In this document: positions 1 to 9,978 of the stretch, one piece after another
Numbering within the stretch: position 1 is the first letter of the stretch
How the letters are laid out: each line of letters starts with the position of its first letter
Assembly: GCA_963674825.1 (NCBI GenBank)
Contig: OY771587.1
Location: 1,376,001 to 1,440,000, forward strand
DNA from: Candidatus Cloacimonadales bacterium
Lineage (GTDB): Bacteria; Cloacimonadota; Cloacimonadia; Cloacimonadales; JAIOQZ01
DNA length: 64,000 nt
Direction of reading: 5' to 3'
Made by a program: the position numbers and the translations under genes
The notes under the pieces: model-generated
Told to the model about the DNA's origin: nothing
The model's database searches: none
The model's input: the letters and a program-made list of their open reading frames with translations, nothing else

Positions 1-2183
1 ACAAAATCGCTGACAAGGATCCGGGCAATTTCTTTGTTTGTGGAGCCCAGCACCTTGCGAATGCCAATTTCCTTGACCCGGTGCTTGAGCGCAAACGATG
101 CCAGACCGAACAATCCCAGGCAAGCAATCAGGATCGCCAGCCCCGCGAACCACGAGAAAATCGAACCAAGTCGCGTTTCATAGGTGTGTAGTCTGTCAAA
201 TTGATCTTCTATAAACACGTAGTGGAACGGTGCGTCCGGCTCAATTTCCTTCCACCTCTTTTCCAGGCGATCCAGCGTCTCTTCACGTCCGTTTTCCTCA
301 ATGGAGATATTCAAGATTGGTCTCGATCCTTCCCGCATGAACAGAATCAACGGTTCGATACTCTCGCGGAACGAACGGATATGGAAATCCTTATATACTC
401 CGACGATGTTGTACTCAGTCGGCTGTCCTTCCGGATGCGGTCTGTTCAGATCGTATATCTTCTTACCGATTGGTTCATCCCAACCCAAATCGTGGGCCAG
501 TGTTTGATTGACCAGAATATTGGTGTTGTTGGGGTAATCTTCTATGCGCAATGTATCCCCTTCTACCATCTGGATTTCATAGGTCCTCATGAATTCAGGG
601 TCCATATTAATCCACTTGAGCAGCACAATAGATTCGGTATCCTCACCCTCAGGATGCATTCCGTTTCCCGTGCAGGCACCTGCCCCCGGGAAACCTGTCG
701 AAAGCCCCACATGCAGAACGCCGGATACCTTTTTCAGCTCCTCTTTGATCTGCTCACCGCGCCCCTGAATATCGCTCGACATCAGCATCATGAACATCAC
801 GTTGTCCTTCTTGAAACCGAGATCGGAATGCCGGATGAAGCGCAACTGGTGATAGATGGCAATCGTGCCACTGATCAGCACGATCGAGATGGCGAACTGG
901 AACAGAGTAAGAAGGTTGCGGAACCGTCCCGACTTATACTTACCTCCGATAAAACCCTTGAGGATCGGCACTGGCTCAGCCCCTGACAGGTAGAAAGCAG
1001 GATAGACACCAGCAAGAAATCCCGTAAGCAATACCAGTAGTAAGCCTGCGCAAATCATTTGCCAATTCAGGGCCATTCTAAACATCTGTTCGTGACCGGT
1101 AAGCTCAATGAAATATGGATAGATGATCAGGATAACCAGCACGGAGACCAGGCCTGCTACGACAGCCAGCAACATCGATTCACGTAAGAATTGCTGCATG
1201 AGAATTCCCCGTGACGCTCCGAACACCTTGGATATACCAATCTCGCGACTACGGATAGAAGCGTTGGCGGTAATCAGCATAGCGAAATTGATGCAGGCAA
1301 GCGCCAGGATGAAGACTCCTATTGCGATAAAAAGGTAGATGTAAGTGATGTTTCCGGTCAGGGCAATATCGTATTCGAGATTAGAATGCAAATGGATGTC
1401 CTTAAGCGACTGTAGTGCGAGATAGAGCTCCATTCCTGCATCACCTGGCTTCATTTGCATCGCGTCCATGGCGACGTTTTTCATCTTCTCTTCAAGAAGC
1501 ATCGGGTCAGCATTTTCTGCAAGCTTGATATATGTATAGTTTCTAAAACGTCCCCACGTACCGGGATCCTCGCTATTTACCTCATCGCCGGGGATCAGCA
1601 TCGCATAGGTGAAATGCATATTCTCAGGTGGATCAGCAATAATCGCTACGACCGCAAATTCATGTCTGTTCAGCTTGACTGTCTTGTTCAGCGGATCTTC
1701 TTCACCAAACAGCTTTTCTGCGGTCGATTGCGTCAGGATTATTGTATCCGGGGCCTTGAGAAGTCCTTCACGATCACCCGATAGAACCTGAACCCCAAAC
1801 ATGTCGATAAATCCGGGAGTAACCGGTAGAATTTCGCTTTCCAGGAAGCTTGTATCTCCCACCGTCAACTGAGTAGAGCCCGAGCCACGCTCCAATGCGC
1901 AGGAGGCTTCTATCTCAGGAAACAATTCCTGAAGTTTATTGCCCAATGGCTGCATCGTTACGGCGTATTTTATTGGTAAATCGGAGATGCGCCCATGAAT
2001 ATAGACGCGATAGATCCGCTCATAATCAGGGATATCTTTATCGAATCCAAGCTCAAAGGTTACAAATATACCGATAAGAAAGCAGACGACAAGTCCGATA
2101 ATAAGGCTCAGAAGATTGAGAGCAAACAGTAAGCGGTGGCGCATATAGCCGCGCAGAACAAGTCTTAATCGTAAAAATGACAT
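1..2183 (-). CDS. ABC transporter permease, MacB/FtsX-like; 3' end runs off the window
   Basis: Absent from the ORF track. Manual translation from ATG 2183 gives MSFLRLRLVLRGYMRHRLLFALNLLSLIIGL..., and the same frame gives KEIGIRKVLGS near the window start; both are typical of this permease family. The middle of the frame was not checked codon by codon. Confidence 0.88.
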   Translation of the reverse strand, partial: MSFLRLRLVLRGYMRHRLLFALNLLSLIIGLVVCFLIGIFVTFELGFDKDIPDYERIYRVYIHGRISDLPIKYAVTMQPLGNKLQELFPEIEASCALERGSGSTQLTVGDTSFLESEILPVTPGFIDMFGVQVLSGDREGLLKAPDTIILTQSTAEKLFGEEDPLNKTVKLNRHEFAVVAIIADPPENMHFTYAMLIPGDEVNSEDPGTWGRFRNYTYIKLAENADPMLLEEKMKNVAMDAMQMKPGDAGMELYLALQSLKDIHLHSNLEYDIALTGNITYIYLFIAIGVFILALACINFAMLITANASIRSREIGISKVFGASRGILMQQFLRESMLLAVVAGLVSVLVILIIYPYFIELTGHEQMFRMALNWQMICAGLLLVLLTGFLAGVYPAFYLSGAEPVPILKGFIGGKYKSGRFRNLLTLFQFAISIVLISGTIAIYHQLRFIRHSDLGFKKDNVMFMMLMSSDIQGRGEQIKEELKKVSGVLHVGLSTGFPGAGACTGNGMHPEGEDTESIVLLKWINMDPEFMRTYEIQMVEGDTLRIEDYPNNTNILVNQTLAHDLGWDEPIGKKIYDLNRPHPEGQPTEYNIVGVYKDFHIRSFRESIEPLILFMREGSRPILNISIEENGREETLDRLEKRWKEIEPDAPFHYVFIEDQFDRLHTYETRLGSIFSWFAGLAILIACLGLFGLASFALKHRVKEIGIRKVLGSTNKEIARILVSDF

Positions 2184-2335
2184 ATGCTATCCTATGTTCT
2201 TGTATGGTTCAGGTACTGAATCGTAGTTATTGCAATTCCTATACCACAAGTTTTTGGGTGAAATAGGTGGAAAATACGGTATATATTATCGGCTTCATGT
2301 CCATTCCCGAAAGAAAAATGTACGATAACGGACGT

Positions 2336-2959
2336 TCAGCGCTTCAGATTCTTTTTCTCGTGGATCATACCCAGAAGCGGCATCAGCAGATAGCACATAG
2401 TACTGTAGCCCGGAATAAAAGGAGCCATCACAATTGCGAGTATCGGAACCGCAATGAAAACAACGGTATCATGAAAAAACCTTCCCCCACTGATGTCATC
2501 ACGGTACTCTTCGAAGATCAGGTCAGACCGTTTTCTGAGGTGAAAAAACCGCAACATATTCAGGATACCAAGAGCTAATAGATTCACGTGAAAGACGATT
2601 TCCGCAACAGGGTTTTCTGCGTAATCACCCATAAGCGATGAAGAAAACGGCAATAGACAGATGAACATCAATGAAGCGAGAGACAGCAACGTGTAAGGCT
2701 TGCTAATCGACTGTATATGCCGCAGGATACCATTGTTTTTGATCCACATCGACATAATGATGGCAAAACTGAGCAAGTAGTTGAAAAACTGCGGCCACAT
2801 GCTCATTAGCGCCTGTAACATATCCGCCGATGTTTTGATACTCATGCCCTCCGGTACATTGATCCCAATCACCATCAAGGTCATCGCAATACCAAATACG
2901 CCGTCGTTCAACGCTTCGAATCGAGTCTTACTTACATAAAAATCGTCTTGATCCGCCAT
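2336..2959 (-). CDS. TMEM175-family (DUF1211) K+ channel-like membrane protein
   Basis: RFEALNDGVFGIAMTLMV resembles the RLEAFSDGVFAIAITLLV signature; several TM segments. Confidence 0.85.
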   Translation of the reverse strand: MADQDDFYVSKTRFEALNDGVFGIAMTLMVIGINVPEGMSIKTSADMLQALMSMWPQFFNYLLSFAIIMSMWIKNNGILRHIQSISKPYTLLSLASLMFICLLPFSSSLMGDYAENPVAEIVFHVNLLALGILNMLRFFHLRKRSDLIFEEYRDDISGGRFFHDTVVFIAVPILAIVMAPFIPGYSTMCYLLMPLLGMIHEKKNLKR

Positions 2960-3119
2960 ACATATTCTCCTGAAATGATACCAGGTCGAGTTAGTGGACC
3001 CAATTGGTGATCAGTCAAGAAGAAAAGGAAACAGAGATCACAATCGACAGATATCCCAATCACTTTTTCATTGACGCATCCATTCGGCCTTTTATGGTAG
3101 AAGAAAAAAGGAGTGTGCT

Positions 3120-3635
3120 ATGCAATTGATTGATTTGATTAAAAAACGATACTCGGTGAGGAGCTACCAGGATAAGCCCGTTGAGCCGGAAAAGCTCGAA
3201 AAAGTGCTGGAAGCGGCGCGGTTCGCTCCCACAGCTAAAAACCTGCAACCCTTCCGGTTCATCGTTATCGAAAATGATATTGACAAGCAGCATGTGATGA
3301 ATGCCTACCCGCGCAAATGGGCATCGGAAGTTCCGATATTTATCGTGGTCTGTGTGGATCATGCGCAAGCCTGGCGTCGCCCGGACGGCAAAAGCTATGG
3401 TGACCTGGATGCCGCTATCGCGGTGGATCACATGACCCTCGCGGCTGCGGAACTCGGACTCGGAACCTGTTGGGTGGGTTACTTCGACGCCTACATGCTG
3501 AGCCAAGCCCTGAAACTACCGGAAGGCATCGAGCCTGTCGTTGTACTCCCGATCGGTTATCCAAAAACGGAAGAGGTCCCTGAGCGACACTTGAAACGCA
3601 AATCGCTGGATGAGCTGGTGGAATACCGGAGATAG
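3120..3635 (+). CDS. Nitroreductase family protein
   Basis: RYSVRSY, APTAKNLQP and LAAAELGLGTCWVG motifs; AGGAG RBS. Confidence 0.92.
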   Translation: MQLIDLIKKRYSVRSYQDKPVEPEKLEKVLEAARFAPTAKNLQPFRFIVIENDIDKQHVMNAYPRKWASEVPIFIVVCVDHAQAWRRPDGKSYGDLDAAIAVDHMTLAAAELGLGTCWVGYFDAYMLSQALKLPEGIEPVVVLPIGYPKTEEVPERHLKRKSLDELVEYRR

Positions 3636-3749
3636 AGAAGTAACCAGATACGAGTTACGAGTTCAAGGGAGAAATGCCAAGCTCGAGTTTTATCTTTCGG
3701 CCTGGAAAATGCAAGGTAATACCTCGATTTTTACTCAGGAGGTATCAAC

Positions 3750-4124
3750 ATGCAAGGTAAGATATACGATGGCGAAAACCATAGCCGGGGCCCAATTGCG
3801 ATCATCGAAGACGGCAAAGTCTATATGGGAGGACACAAAAGCGGGATGGCAGTATTGAACATCAGCGACAACAAAATATACAGTGGTTCTTACAAAGCTG
3901 GACAGGCTGTCGCAGCGTTGAAGGAAAACAAAATCTTTCAGGGCGGTATTACGATCGGGTTGCCCATCGCCATTATCGAAAAGAATAAAGTCTATCAAGG
4001 CATGCATAAATCGGGCATGGCAGTCGCCGAATTCGAGGGAGATCCGCTCGCTGGAGCTGTGGCCGCGGTCTTGAAACTTATGAACGTAGTGAAAGCCAAC
4101 CAGTCGATTTTTTATGGTGTATAA
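3750..4124 (+). CDS. Small protein of five ~19-aa repeats (possible beta-flower-like fold)
   Basis: Repeats start KIYDG/KVYMG/KIYSG/KIFQG/KVYQG; AGGAGG RBS. Confidence 0.7.
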   Translation: MQGKIYDGENHSRGPIAIIEDGKVYMGGHKSGMAVLNISDNKIYSGSYKAGQAVAALKENKIFQGGITIGLPIAIIEKNKVYQGMHKSGMAVAEFEGDPLAGAVAAVLKLMNVVKANQSIFYGV

Positions 4125-4590
4125 TCGGATTTTCGTCAAAACCCCTTTCGGAACGCTGTCTGTTATCGAAAAAGACGGCGCAATCAATCGCATCGAACGC
4201 TGTAAGGAGTGCAATGGCGAGGAGCGGCCATCACTGGTCCTTATGGAAGCGAAATCCCAGATCGAGCAGTATTTCTGCGGCAAACGAAGGTCGTTTGACT
4301 TAGCACTGCTTCTCGAAGGCAGCGCGTTTGATGTGGCAGTCTGGAACGCGCTAATGGAGATACCCTTCGGCACAACCGTCAGCTACGGCGAAATCGCACG
4401 TAGAATCGGCAAGCCGAGCGCTTCCCGCGCTGTGGGCGGTGTAGTGGGCAGAAACCCAATCCTGATCGTGATCCCCTGCCACCGCGTGATTCGTTCCGAT
4501 GGAGGGCTTGGAGGCTTCTCTGCCGGGCTCGACGCAAAAAAAATCCTGCTGCACACAGAAGGGGTTTGCCATTTCGGCCTCGACGATTAG
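4114..4590 (+). CDS. ogt: Methylated-DNA--protein-cysteine S-methyltransferase
   Basis: IPCHRV active site; SYGEIA and RAVG motifs. Confidence 0.95.
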   Translation: MVYNRIFVKTPFGTLSVIEKDGAINRIERCKECNGEERPSLVLMEAKSQIEQYFCGKRRSFDLALLLEGSAFDVAVWNALMEIPFGTTVSYGEIARRIGKPSASRAVGGVVGRNPILIVIPCHRVIRSDGGLGGFSAGLDAKKILLHTEGVCHFGLDD

Positions 4591-4628
4591 TCTTTCAACT
4601 ATAAAGAAATTAAACGAGGTACATAAAA

Positions 4629-5129
4629 ATGGCAAAGATAACACTGCAAGGCAATCCGATCCACACAAGCGGCGATATGCCGGCTGTTGGAACGAAAGCA
4701 CTCGACTTCAACCTGGTAACCAAAACTCTGCAAGATGCGAAGCTGGCTGACTATGCTGGCAAGAAGATCGTCATGAACATCTTCCCGAGTATCGATACAT
4801 CCGTATGCGCTACTTCCGTTCGGAAGTTCAACGCGGAAGCAAACAATCTCGATAACACCGTCGTGCTCTGCATCTCGCACGATCTCCCGTTCGCGTCGGC
4901 TCGCTTCTGCGGTGCGGAAGGGCTGGAAAACGTTGTAACGCTCAGCATGATGCGCAATTTCGATTTCGGTAACGACTATGGCCTGTTGATTATAGATGGC
5001 CCTCTCGCAGGGCTGCTCGCTCGCGCCGTGATCGTAATCGACGAACAAGGCGTTGTCCAATATAAACAGCTCGTTCCGGAGATCGGCCAGGAGCCTGACT
5101 ACGAAGCGGCGCTGAATGCACTGAAGTAA
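4629..5129 (+). CDS. tpx: Thiol peroxidase (atypical 2-Cys peroxiredoxin)
   Basis: [10 protein letters not shown] and [17 protein letters not shown] motifs. Confidence 0.95.
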   Translation: MAKITLQGNPIHTSGDMPAVGTKALDFNLVTKTLQDAKLADYAGKKIVMNIFPSIDTSVCATSVRKFNAEANNLDNTVVLCISHDLPFASARFCGAEGLENVVTLSMMRNFDFGNDYGLLIIDGPLAGLLARAVIVIDEQGVVQYKQLVPEIGQEPDYEAALNALK

Positions 5130-5156
5130 ATTCCTGTAAAATACACTAACCGCTAT

Positions 5157-5200
5157 CCCATGCCAGGTTTCGGACGCGGAATCAGGCATGGGGTTTTTTA
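5157..5200 (+). terminator. Intrinsic terminator after tpx
   Basis: CCCATGCC...GGCATGGG stem followed by a T-run. Confidence 0.7.
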
Positions 5201-5252
5201 TGCGGTGCGAAACGGATTTTGCATTAGATTGTCCAAATATGTGAATTTTTCA

Positions 5253-5280
5253 TTGACACGAAAACACGTGTTTCTACTTT
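5253..5280 (+). promoter_or_regulatory. Putative sigma70 promoter of the tRNA cluster
   Basis: TTGACA-16 nt-TACTTT, ending about 20 nt upstream of tRNA-Lys. Confidence 0.55.
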
Positions 5281-5299
5281 GACGCAACGAACTACGTGT

Positions 5300-5374
5300 G
5301 GGCCTGTAACTCAGAGGTAGAGTATCTGCCTTTTAAGCAGAGAGTCGATGGTTCGATCCCATCCAGGCTCACCA
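5300..5374 (+). tRNA. tRNA-Lys(TTT)
   Basis: Cloverleaf with anticodon arm TCTGC-CTTTTAA-GCAGA, GGTTCGA T-loop and encoded CCA. Confidence 0.95.
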
Positions 5375-5384
5375 TTTTTTAGAC

Positions 5385-5460
5385 GACCCCTTCGTCTAGT
5401 GGCCTAGGACTCAAGATTTTCATTCTTGCAACAGGGGTTCGATTCCCCTAGGGGTCGCCA
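5385..5460 (+). tRNA. tRNA-Glu(TTC), copy 1
   Basis: Anticodon arm CAAGA-TTTTCAT-TCTTG; GGTTCGA T-loop; CCA end. Confidence 0.95.
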
Positions 5461-5514
5461 ATTTTTATTGACAGCAAAACTTCGCTGTCAAACGTGGTTC
5501 CAGATCTTTGATAT

Positions 5515-5590
5515 GACCCCTTCGTCTAGTGGCCTAGGACTCAAGATTTTCATTCTTGCAACAGGGGTTCGATTCCCCTAGGGGTCGCCA
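5515..5590 (+). tRNA. tRNA-Glu(TTC), copy 2
   Basis: Exact 76-nt duplicate of 5385-5460. Confidence 0.95.
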
Positions 5591-5617
5591 CTTAAATACT
5601 AAATTGTAGCCATATAT

Positions 5618-5693
5618 GTCCCCATCGTCTAGTGGCCTAGGACACCGGATTCTCAGTCCGGGAACGGGGGTTCGATTCCCCCTGGGGATACCA
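5618..5693 (+). tRNA. tRNA-Glu(CTC)
   Basis: Anticodon arm CCGGA-TTCTCAG-TCCGG; GGTTCGA T-loop; CCA end. Confidence 0.93.
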
Positions 5694-5698
5694 CTTTC

Positions 5699-5727
5699 AC
5701 CCCGCGTCATAGATGCGGGGTATTTTT
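5699..5727 (+). terminator. Terminator of the tRNA cluster
   Basis: ACCCCGC...GCGGGGT stem followed by ATTTTT. Confidence 0.75.
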
Positions 5728-6003
5728 GTATTCAGTCAAAATAAACTGATTCACCCCGCAGAAAATCACCATTCTTATTATCAAAAACGATAATCGCATT
5801 TTCATTAACGAAAATATCCAGCAAAGAATTAATCGGCTATATCATTATAGAGCAAAGCCTTACATCGCATATCCGTGATTGGCACAACAAATGTATTATA
5901 AGTGCATTGATAGTGCTTTCCTGACGTGTTGTTCTAACGGATTCGATATACGTGCTGATCAAGATCGTATAAATCTTGAATTCGTATACAGGAATCCAAT
6001 TTT

Positions 6004-6050
6004 AAAGGCAGATCATATGAGGGACCGGCATCCCTTCGATCTGCCTTTTT
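6004..6050. terminator. Hairpin, probable terminator downstream of the EamA gene
   Basis: AAAGGCAGATC...GATCTGCCTTT with an inner AGGGA/TCCCT stem. Confidence 0.6.
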
Positions 6051-6098
6051 CTATTTCTAAAATCGCTGGCTATTATAGGGCCTTTATAATGAGTTGAG

Positions 6099-6917
6099 CT
6101 AGCTTATATTCAGCAATACTATCCCGACAACGATAATCCCATACCCTATCGCCTGCCGCATACCAATACGAAGCTTCCATAGAAGAATATCCGCTGCTAC
6201 ACAAAGCAGTACGATACTCGATGCCCTCAGCGGGTATGCAATCGTCGCAGGTATTGTGTCCAGAGACTTCATGAAGAACCATGCAGTGAGTTGGTTAGGT
6301 ATTCCCAGAAGGAATCCCCACAGAAGCGACCGCCACGGTATCCTTTGCCGGTAATACAAAATCAGTATCAGTGTAACGAGAAATGCCATACTATAGCCGA
6401 TCATCAGGAAAACGGCTGCAGAATGCTCGGCAAACACTTTGTAAATTTTGAAAAACGAATCCATCAGGCCCATGGAGATAAAGAGCGCGATAATCCATTT
6501 TAGGCCACTTACATTTCTTCGTTTGCCCAGAATCACAAAGGCAAGCAGCACCAGAATAATCCCGAAATAATTCCAGATAGCGAGCGATTCGCCAAACCAT
6601 ATCAGTGAGACCATCACCGGCACCATCAGCGATGCCCGCATCGAGCTGACGCTGATCGCAAGTCCGCATTTATCGATACTCTTCTGGTAGATCAGAAATG
6701 TTGCAATAAGGAAAACTCCGGCCACGACACCCATGATGATATCGAATCGATTGACTTCGCGTACTGGAGTACAGCTCAGAAAATAGCTTAGAATGGCAGC
6801 GACAAAGTAGTTACCGAGAAAAACCGCAAGAATCGAAGCGTGTTTGCGGTGTGAGAGGAATTTCAGGTAATTAGCAATTACAATTGAACACAGAATGCTC
6901 AAGACAAGGTATGGCAT
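6099..6917 (-). CDS. DMT/EamA family transporter
   Basis: About 10 hydrophobic segments in two similar halves. Confidence 0.8.
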   Translation of the reverse strand: MPYLVLSILCSIVIANYLKFLSHRKHASILAVFLGNYFVAAILSYFLSCTPVREVNRFDIIMGVVAGVFLIATFLIYQKSIDKCGLAISVSSMRASLMVPVMVSLIWFGESLAIWNYFGIILVLLAFVILGKRRNVSGLKWIIALFISMGLMDSFFKIYKVFAEHSAAVFLMIGYSMAFLVTLILILYYRQRIPWRSLLWGFLLGIPNQLTAWFFMKSLDTIPATIAYPLRASSIVLLCVAADILLWKLRIGMRQAIGYGIIVVGIVLLNIS

Positions 6918-6935
6918 CGTGCTCCTTTGGATTGC

Positions 6936-7352
6936 TTACTGGTTGAGGTTTAATTCCGGGAATACGAAAGCCAGTTCCTTCTCGGCATTTTCCGGACTAT
7001 CGGAGGCATGGACAGCGTTATAGGTAACCGTATCGCCATAAAGTTTACGGATCGTCCCCTCAGCCGCCTCATCTGGGTTGGTCGCACCGATGAATTCGCG
7101 CAGATATTTAACTGCGTCTTCACGCGAAAGGGCGACAGCAACCGTCTTGCCGGAAACCATGAACTCGATGAGACGGTCGTAAAACGACTTGCCTCTGTGC
7201 ACCGCATAAAATGTATCGGCAAACTGCCGGTCCATGCGGAGCATCTTCATACCTTCGATAACAAACCCTGCCTCCTCGATCATCTTCAGGATCGCGCCAC
7301 TGACATGCTTTTTCGTAGCATTGGGCTTGATCAGAAGGAGGGTGTGTTGCAT
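6936..7352 (-). CDS. ndk: Nucleoside diphosphate kinase
   Basis: TLLLIKPNA, GATNP, GTIR and NAVHASDS (catalytic His) motifs. Confidence 0.97.
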   Translation of the reverse strand: MQHTLLLIKPNATKKHVSGAILKMIEEAGFVIEGMKMLRMDRQFADTFYAVHRGKSFYDRLIEFMVSGKTVAVALSREDAVKYLREFIGATNPDEAAEGTIRKLYGDTVTYNAVHASDSPENAEKELAFVFPELNLNQ

Positions 7353-7678
7353 CAAAGCGATCCTCTGGTCTCGAAGTAATCCAGCGCGGCAACCTTGATG
7401 GAGATGTCGCGGTTGAGCAGCTCGCTCATTTTGAGCTTATGCTTGAGGATCTTGACCCACAGTTCGAGCACGTTACGATCCTTGACGTCGCGATTGAGGT
7501 AATGCTTGAGCATGTCGGCATAAAACGCTTCGCGATCTTTCTCCACATGAGCGATCACGTACTTGTACATTTCTGATGAAATTTCGTATTCTCGATAGCG
7601 CACGTCAATGACGGCAAAACCCTGTTTCAGAAGGCTTTCAAAGTTAATTTGCATTTCAGGCTGAACTTCGTTCGGCAT
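7352..7678 (-). CDS. Hypothetical protein with DUF4032-like C-terminal motif
   Basis: LWVKILKHKLKMSELLNRDISIKVAALDY; GGAGG RBS; TGATG coupling to ndk. Confidence 0.6.
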   Translation of the reverse strand: MPNEVQPEMQINFESLLKQGFAVIDVRYREYEISSEMYKYVIAHVEKDREAFYADMLKHYLNRDVKDRNVLELWVKILKHKLKMSELLNRDISIKVAALDYFETRGSL

Positions 7679-7788
7679 GGATACCTCCACCAGTATTGAC
7701 TTATTGTGTCAGAAGTTTCACGCGAATTTACCGATACGGGTAAATTTGGCAATAAATTTCTACCCAAACCTACCCCGCTAAATCTCAT

Positions 7789-8754
7789 TCAACGATATAA
7801 AAGCGGATTGAGCAAGGCTTTCCTTACGTCTTCCACCGGCTCGAAAATAATCCGTGCGATCGAATCAAACAACGGGATATTGAGATTGAAGCGTGAGATT
7901 TGTTGGATCGTCTTGGCCATGGATACTCCTTCAACCACCATTCCAACCTCTTGTAGTGCCTCTTCGCGGGATTTCCCTTCACCCAACAGCTTACCGAACC
8001 TTCGGTTTCGGCTGTTTTCCGAAAGGCAAGTTGTTATCAAGTCACCGGCACCGGCGATACCGTACACGGTTTTCGTGGATACGCCCAGAAATTCCAGCAC
8101 GGTGGCGAATTCCTGCAAGCCGTAGGTCATGATCAGTCCATAGATGTTGGTCTTGAGCCCGAGTCCGTCGGCAATGCCCACCGCAATTGCAATAAGCCCC
8201 TTAAGCGATCCACAGAGCTCGATACCATCGATGTCGCGGCTGAATTCAAAGATCAGAAGGTCGTTGTCCAGCGCTTCCTGCAGTGTCATGAGCAGCCCCA
8301 TATCATTGGAAGCGAGCACAGCCTTGGCGGGAAGTCCGTTGGCGATCTCACGGGAGATCGTTGGTCCGCTCAGCGTGGCGAATCGCACAGTGGGAAGATG
8401 TTCCAATACTATCTGTTGGATAGTCATGAGCGAATCGTGCTTGAGGCCTTTGGATACGTTCATGATATTGTAAACGCCAGTCTTCTGGAGTTCGATAGCC
8501 ACGGCTTCCACGCGCCGTGACGGGATCGCGAGGATCACCAGATCTTCTTTCTCGATCGGACGGCTGTACTTGCATTCGATCGTGATCCGTTTGTCGATCT
8601 TCTTGCCTGGAAGGAATGCCTTGTTCTCTCGATTCAGATTGATTTCATCCGCTTCCTTCTGGTCGATCGTCCAGAGATAGACGTCGTTCTTCTTGCAGAA
8701 GAGCGTCGCCAGCGTGGTACCCCAGTTTCCGGAGCCTATGACAAATATACGCAT
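7789..8754 (-). CDS. gpsA: NAD(P)H-dependent glycerol-3-phosphate dehydrogenase
   Basis: MRIFVIGSGNWGT, LSGP and GAGDLITTC...SRNRRFG motifs; start reset to ATG 8754 behind GAGG. Confidence 0.95.
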   Translation of the reverse strand: MRIFVIGSGNWGTTLATLFCKKNDVYLWTIDQKEADEINLNRENKAFLPGKKIDKRITIECKYSRPIEKEDLVILAIPSRRVEAVAIELQKTGVYNIMNVSKGLKHDSLMTIQQIVLEHLPTVRFATLSGPTISREIANGLPAKAVLASNDMGLLMTLQEALDNDLLIFEFSRDIDGIELCGSLKGLIAIAVGIADGLGLKTNIYGLIMTYGLQEFATVLEFLGVSTKTVYGIAGAGDLITTCLSENSRNRRFGKLLGEGKSREEALQEVGMVVEGVSMAKTIQQISRFNLNIPLFDSIARIIFEPVEDVRKALLNPLLYR

Positions 8755-9153
8755 GTTTACCTCGTTTTGGTTTGTCGTTAATCTGCAGAAATCATCTGAT
8801 TCGGTAAAGTATTTTTTCAAATAATCCGGGAGGATATCTTTTTTACTCCACGCTATGTGATTAATCATGATTCCTTCGACTCCACTCAGCATGACATGAT
8901 TATTTCAGTCCGCATACCCGAAGAAAAATCACGTTTTACTCGATCATCGCGTAAGCTGCACAACCTTTTGCCAGTATGAAGTTTATCCACCGTGTCATCT
9001 TGAATGGAATCGAAGGACAACGGTGGATATATTCGTGATAGAGACAACGGATCGCACGTAAACTATAAACACGTAGAGACTTTTTTCATTGACGAACAAA
9101 TCAACGCCTGCATAAATTCAGTAAGAGAAATAAGAAACCAAAAGGAGTATCGT

Positions 9154-9972
9154 ATGGACCTTCAAACAATCCAAACGACGTTTTTGCATCTGGTGGAAAA
9201 GTATGGGTGGAAAGTAGTTGGAGCCCTGCTTATCCTTATTCTCGGTCGCATTCTGGCAGGAATCATTACGTGGAGTGTCAAAAAAGTCGTTTCCAGATCA
9301 AAAGGCGGAAAAACCCTCGCGGTTTTCGTTGGAAACCTGACGTTTATCGGTATCATGGTTTTCGCCATCGTGGCGGCAATCAGTAAGCTCGAAATTCAGA
9401 CCACGTCGTTCGTAGCGATCCTCGGTGCAGCCGGACTGGCTATCGGTTTGGCCTTGCAGGGATCTCTTTCCAACTTCGCATCCGGCGTGATGCTGGTTCT
9501 TTTCCGGCCATTCGAGGTTGGTGATGTTGTGCAACTGGGCGGCGTAACCGGTGCTGTCGAGGAGATTCAGATCTTCGTTACCACCCTGGCTACCCCGGAC
9601 AAGAAAAAAATCATCATCCCAAACGCCAAGATCACCGGCGACACCATCATCAATTACAGCACATCTCCAATCCGGCGCGTCGATATGGTAATCGGGATAG
9701 CATATAACGCTGATATAGACAAGGCCAAAAGCATCATCAAAGAGATTCTGGAAGCCGATCCACGCATATTAAAAGACCCGACCTACACCGTTGCGGTCGC
9801 TGAACTCGCTGACAGTTCCGTAAACCTCGCGGTTCGTCCGCACGTCAAAGGCGCTGATTACTGGGATGTCCTTTTCGATACGCAAGAGAAGGTGAAAAAG
9901 GCGTTCGACGCGAACGGCATCGGAATTCCTTTCCCACAGCGCGATGTCCACATCATCAGCCAGAAGGCATAA
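9154..9972 (+). CDS. mscS: Small-conductance mechanosensitive channel
   Basis: GAAGLAIGLALQGSLSNFASG...RPFEVGD and IPFPQRDVH motifs; start reset to ATG 9154 behind AAGGAG. Confidence 0.93.
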   Translation: MDLQTIQTTFLHLVEKYGWKVVGALLILILGRILAGIITWSVKKVVSRSKGGKTLAVFVGNLTFIGIMVFAIVAAISKLEIQTTSFVAILGAAGLAIGLALQGSLSNFASGVMLVLFRPFEVGDVVQLGGVTGAVEEIQIFVTTLATPDKKKIIIPNAKITGDTIINYSTSPIRRVDMVIGIAYNADIDKAKSIIKEILEADPRILKDPTYTVAVAELADSSVNLAVRPHVKGADYWDVLFDTQEKVKKAFDANGIGIPFPQRDVHIISQKA

Positions 9973-9978
9973 AACGAA

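Noticed and set aside
201..2077. Several + strand ORFs (261 aa, 109 aa and others)
   Set aside because: Antisense shadows of the minus-strand ABC permease; no recognisable motifs
3649..3663. TACGAGT tandem pair and the 11-mer AGTTACGAGTT also found at 38425-38435
   Set aside because: Too short and too few copies; compatible with chance
5385..5590. Duplicated tRNA-Glu as attL/attR of an integrated element
   Set aside because: Both copies are full length, only 54 nt apart, and no integrase is nearby
5879..6097. 72-aa ORF in the tRNA-EamA spacer
   Set aside because: TTG start, no clear RBS or motif, and it spans a terminator-like hairpin
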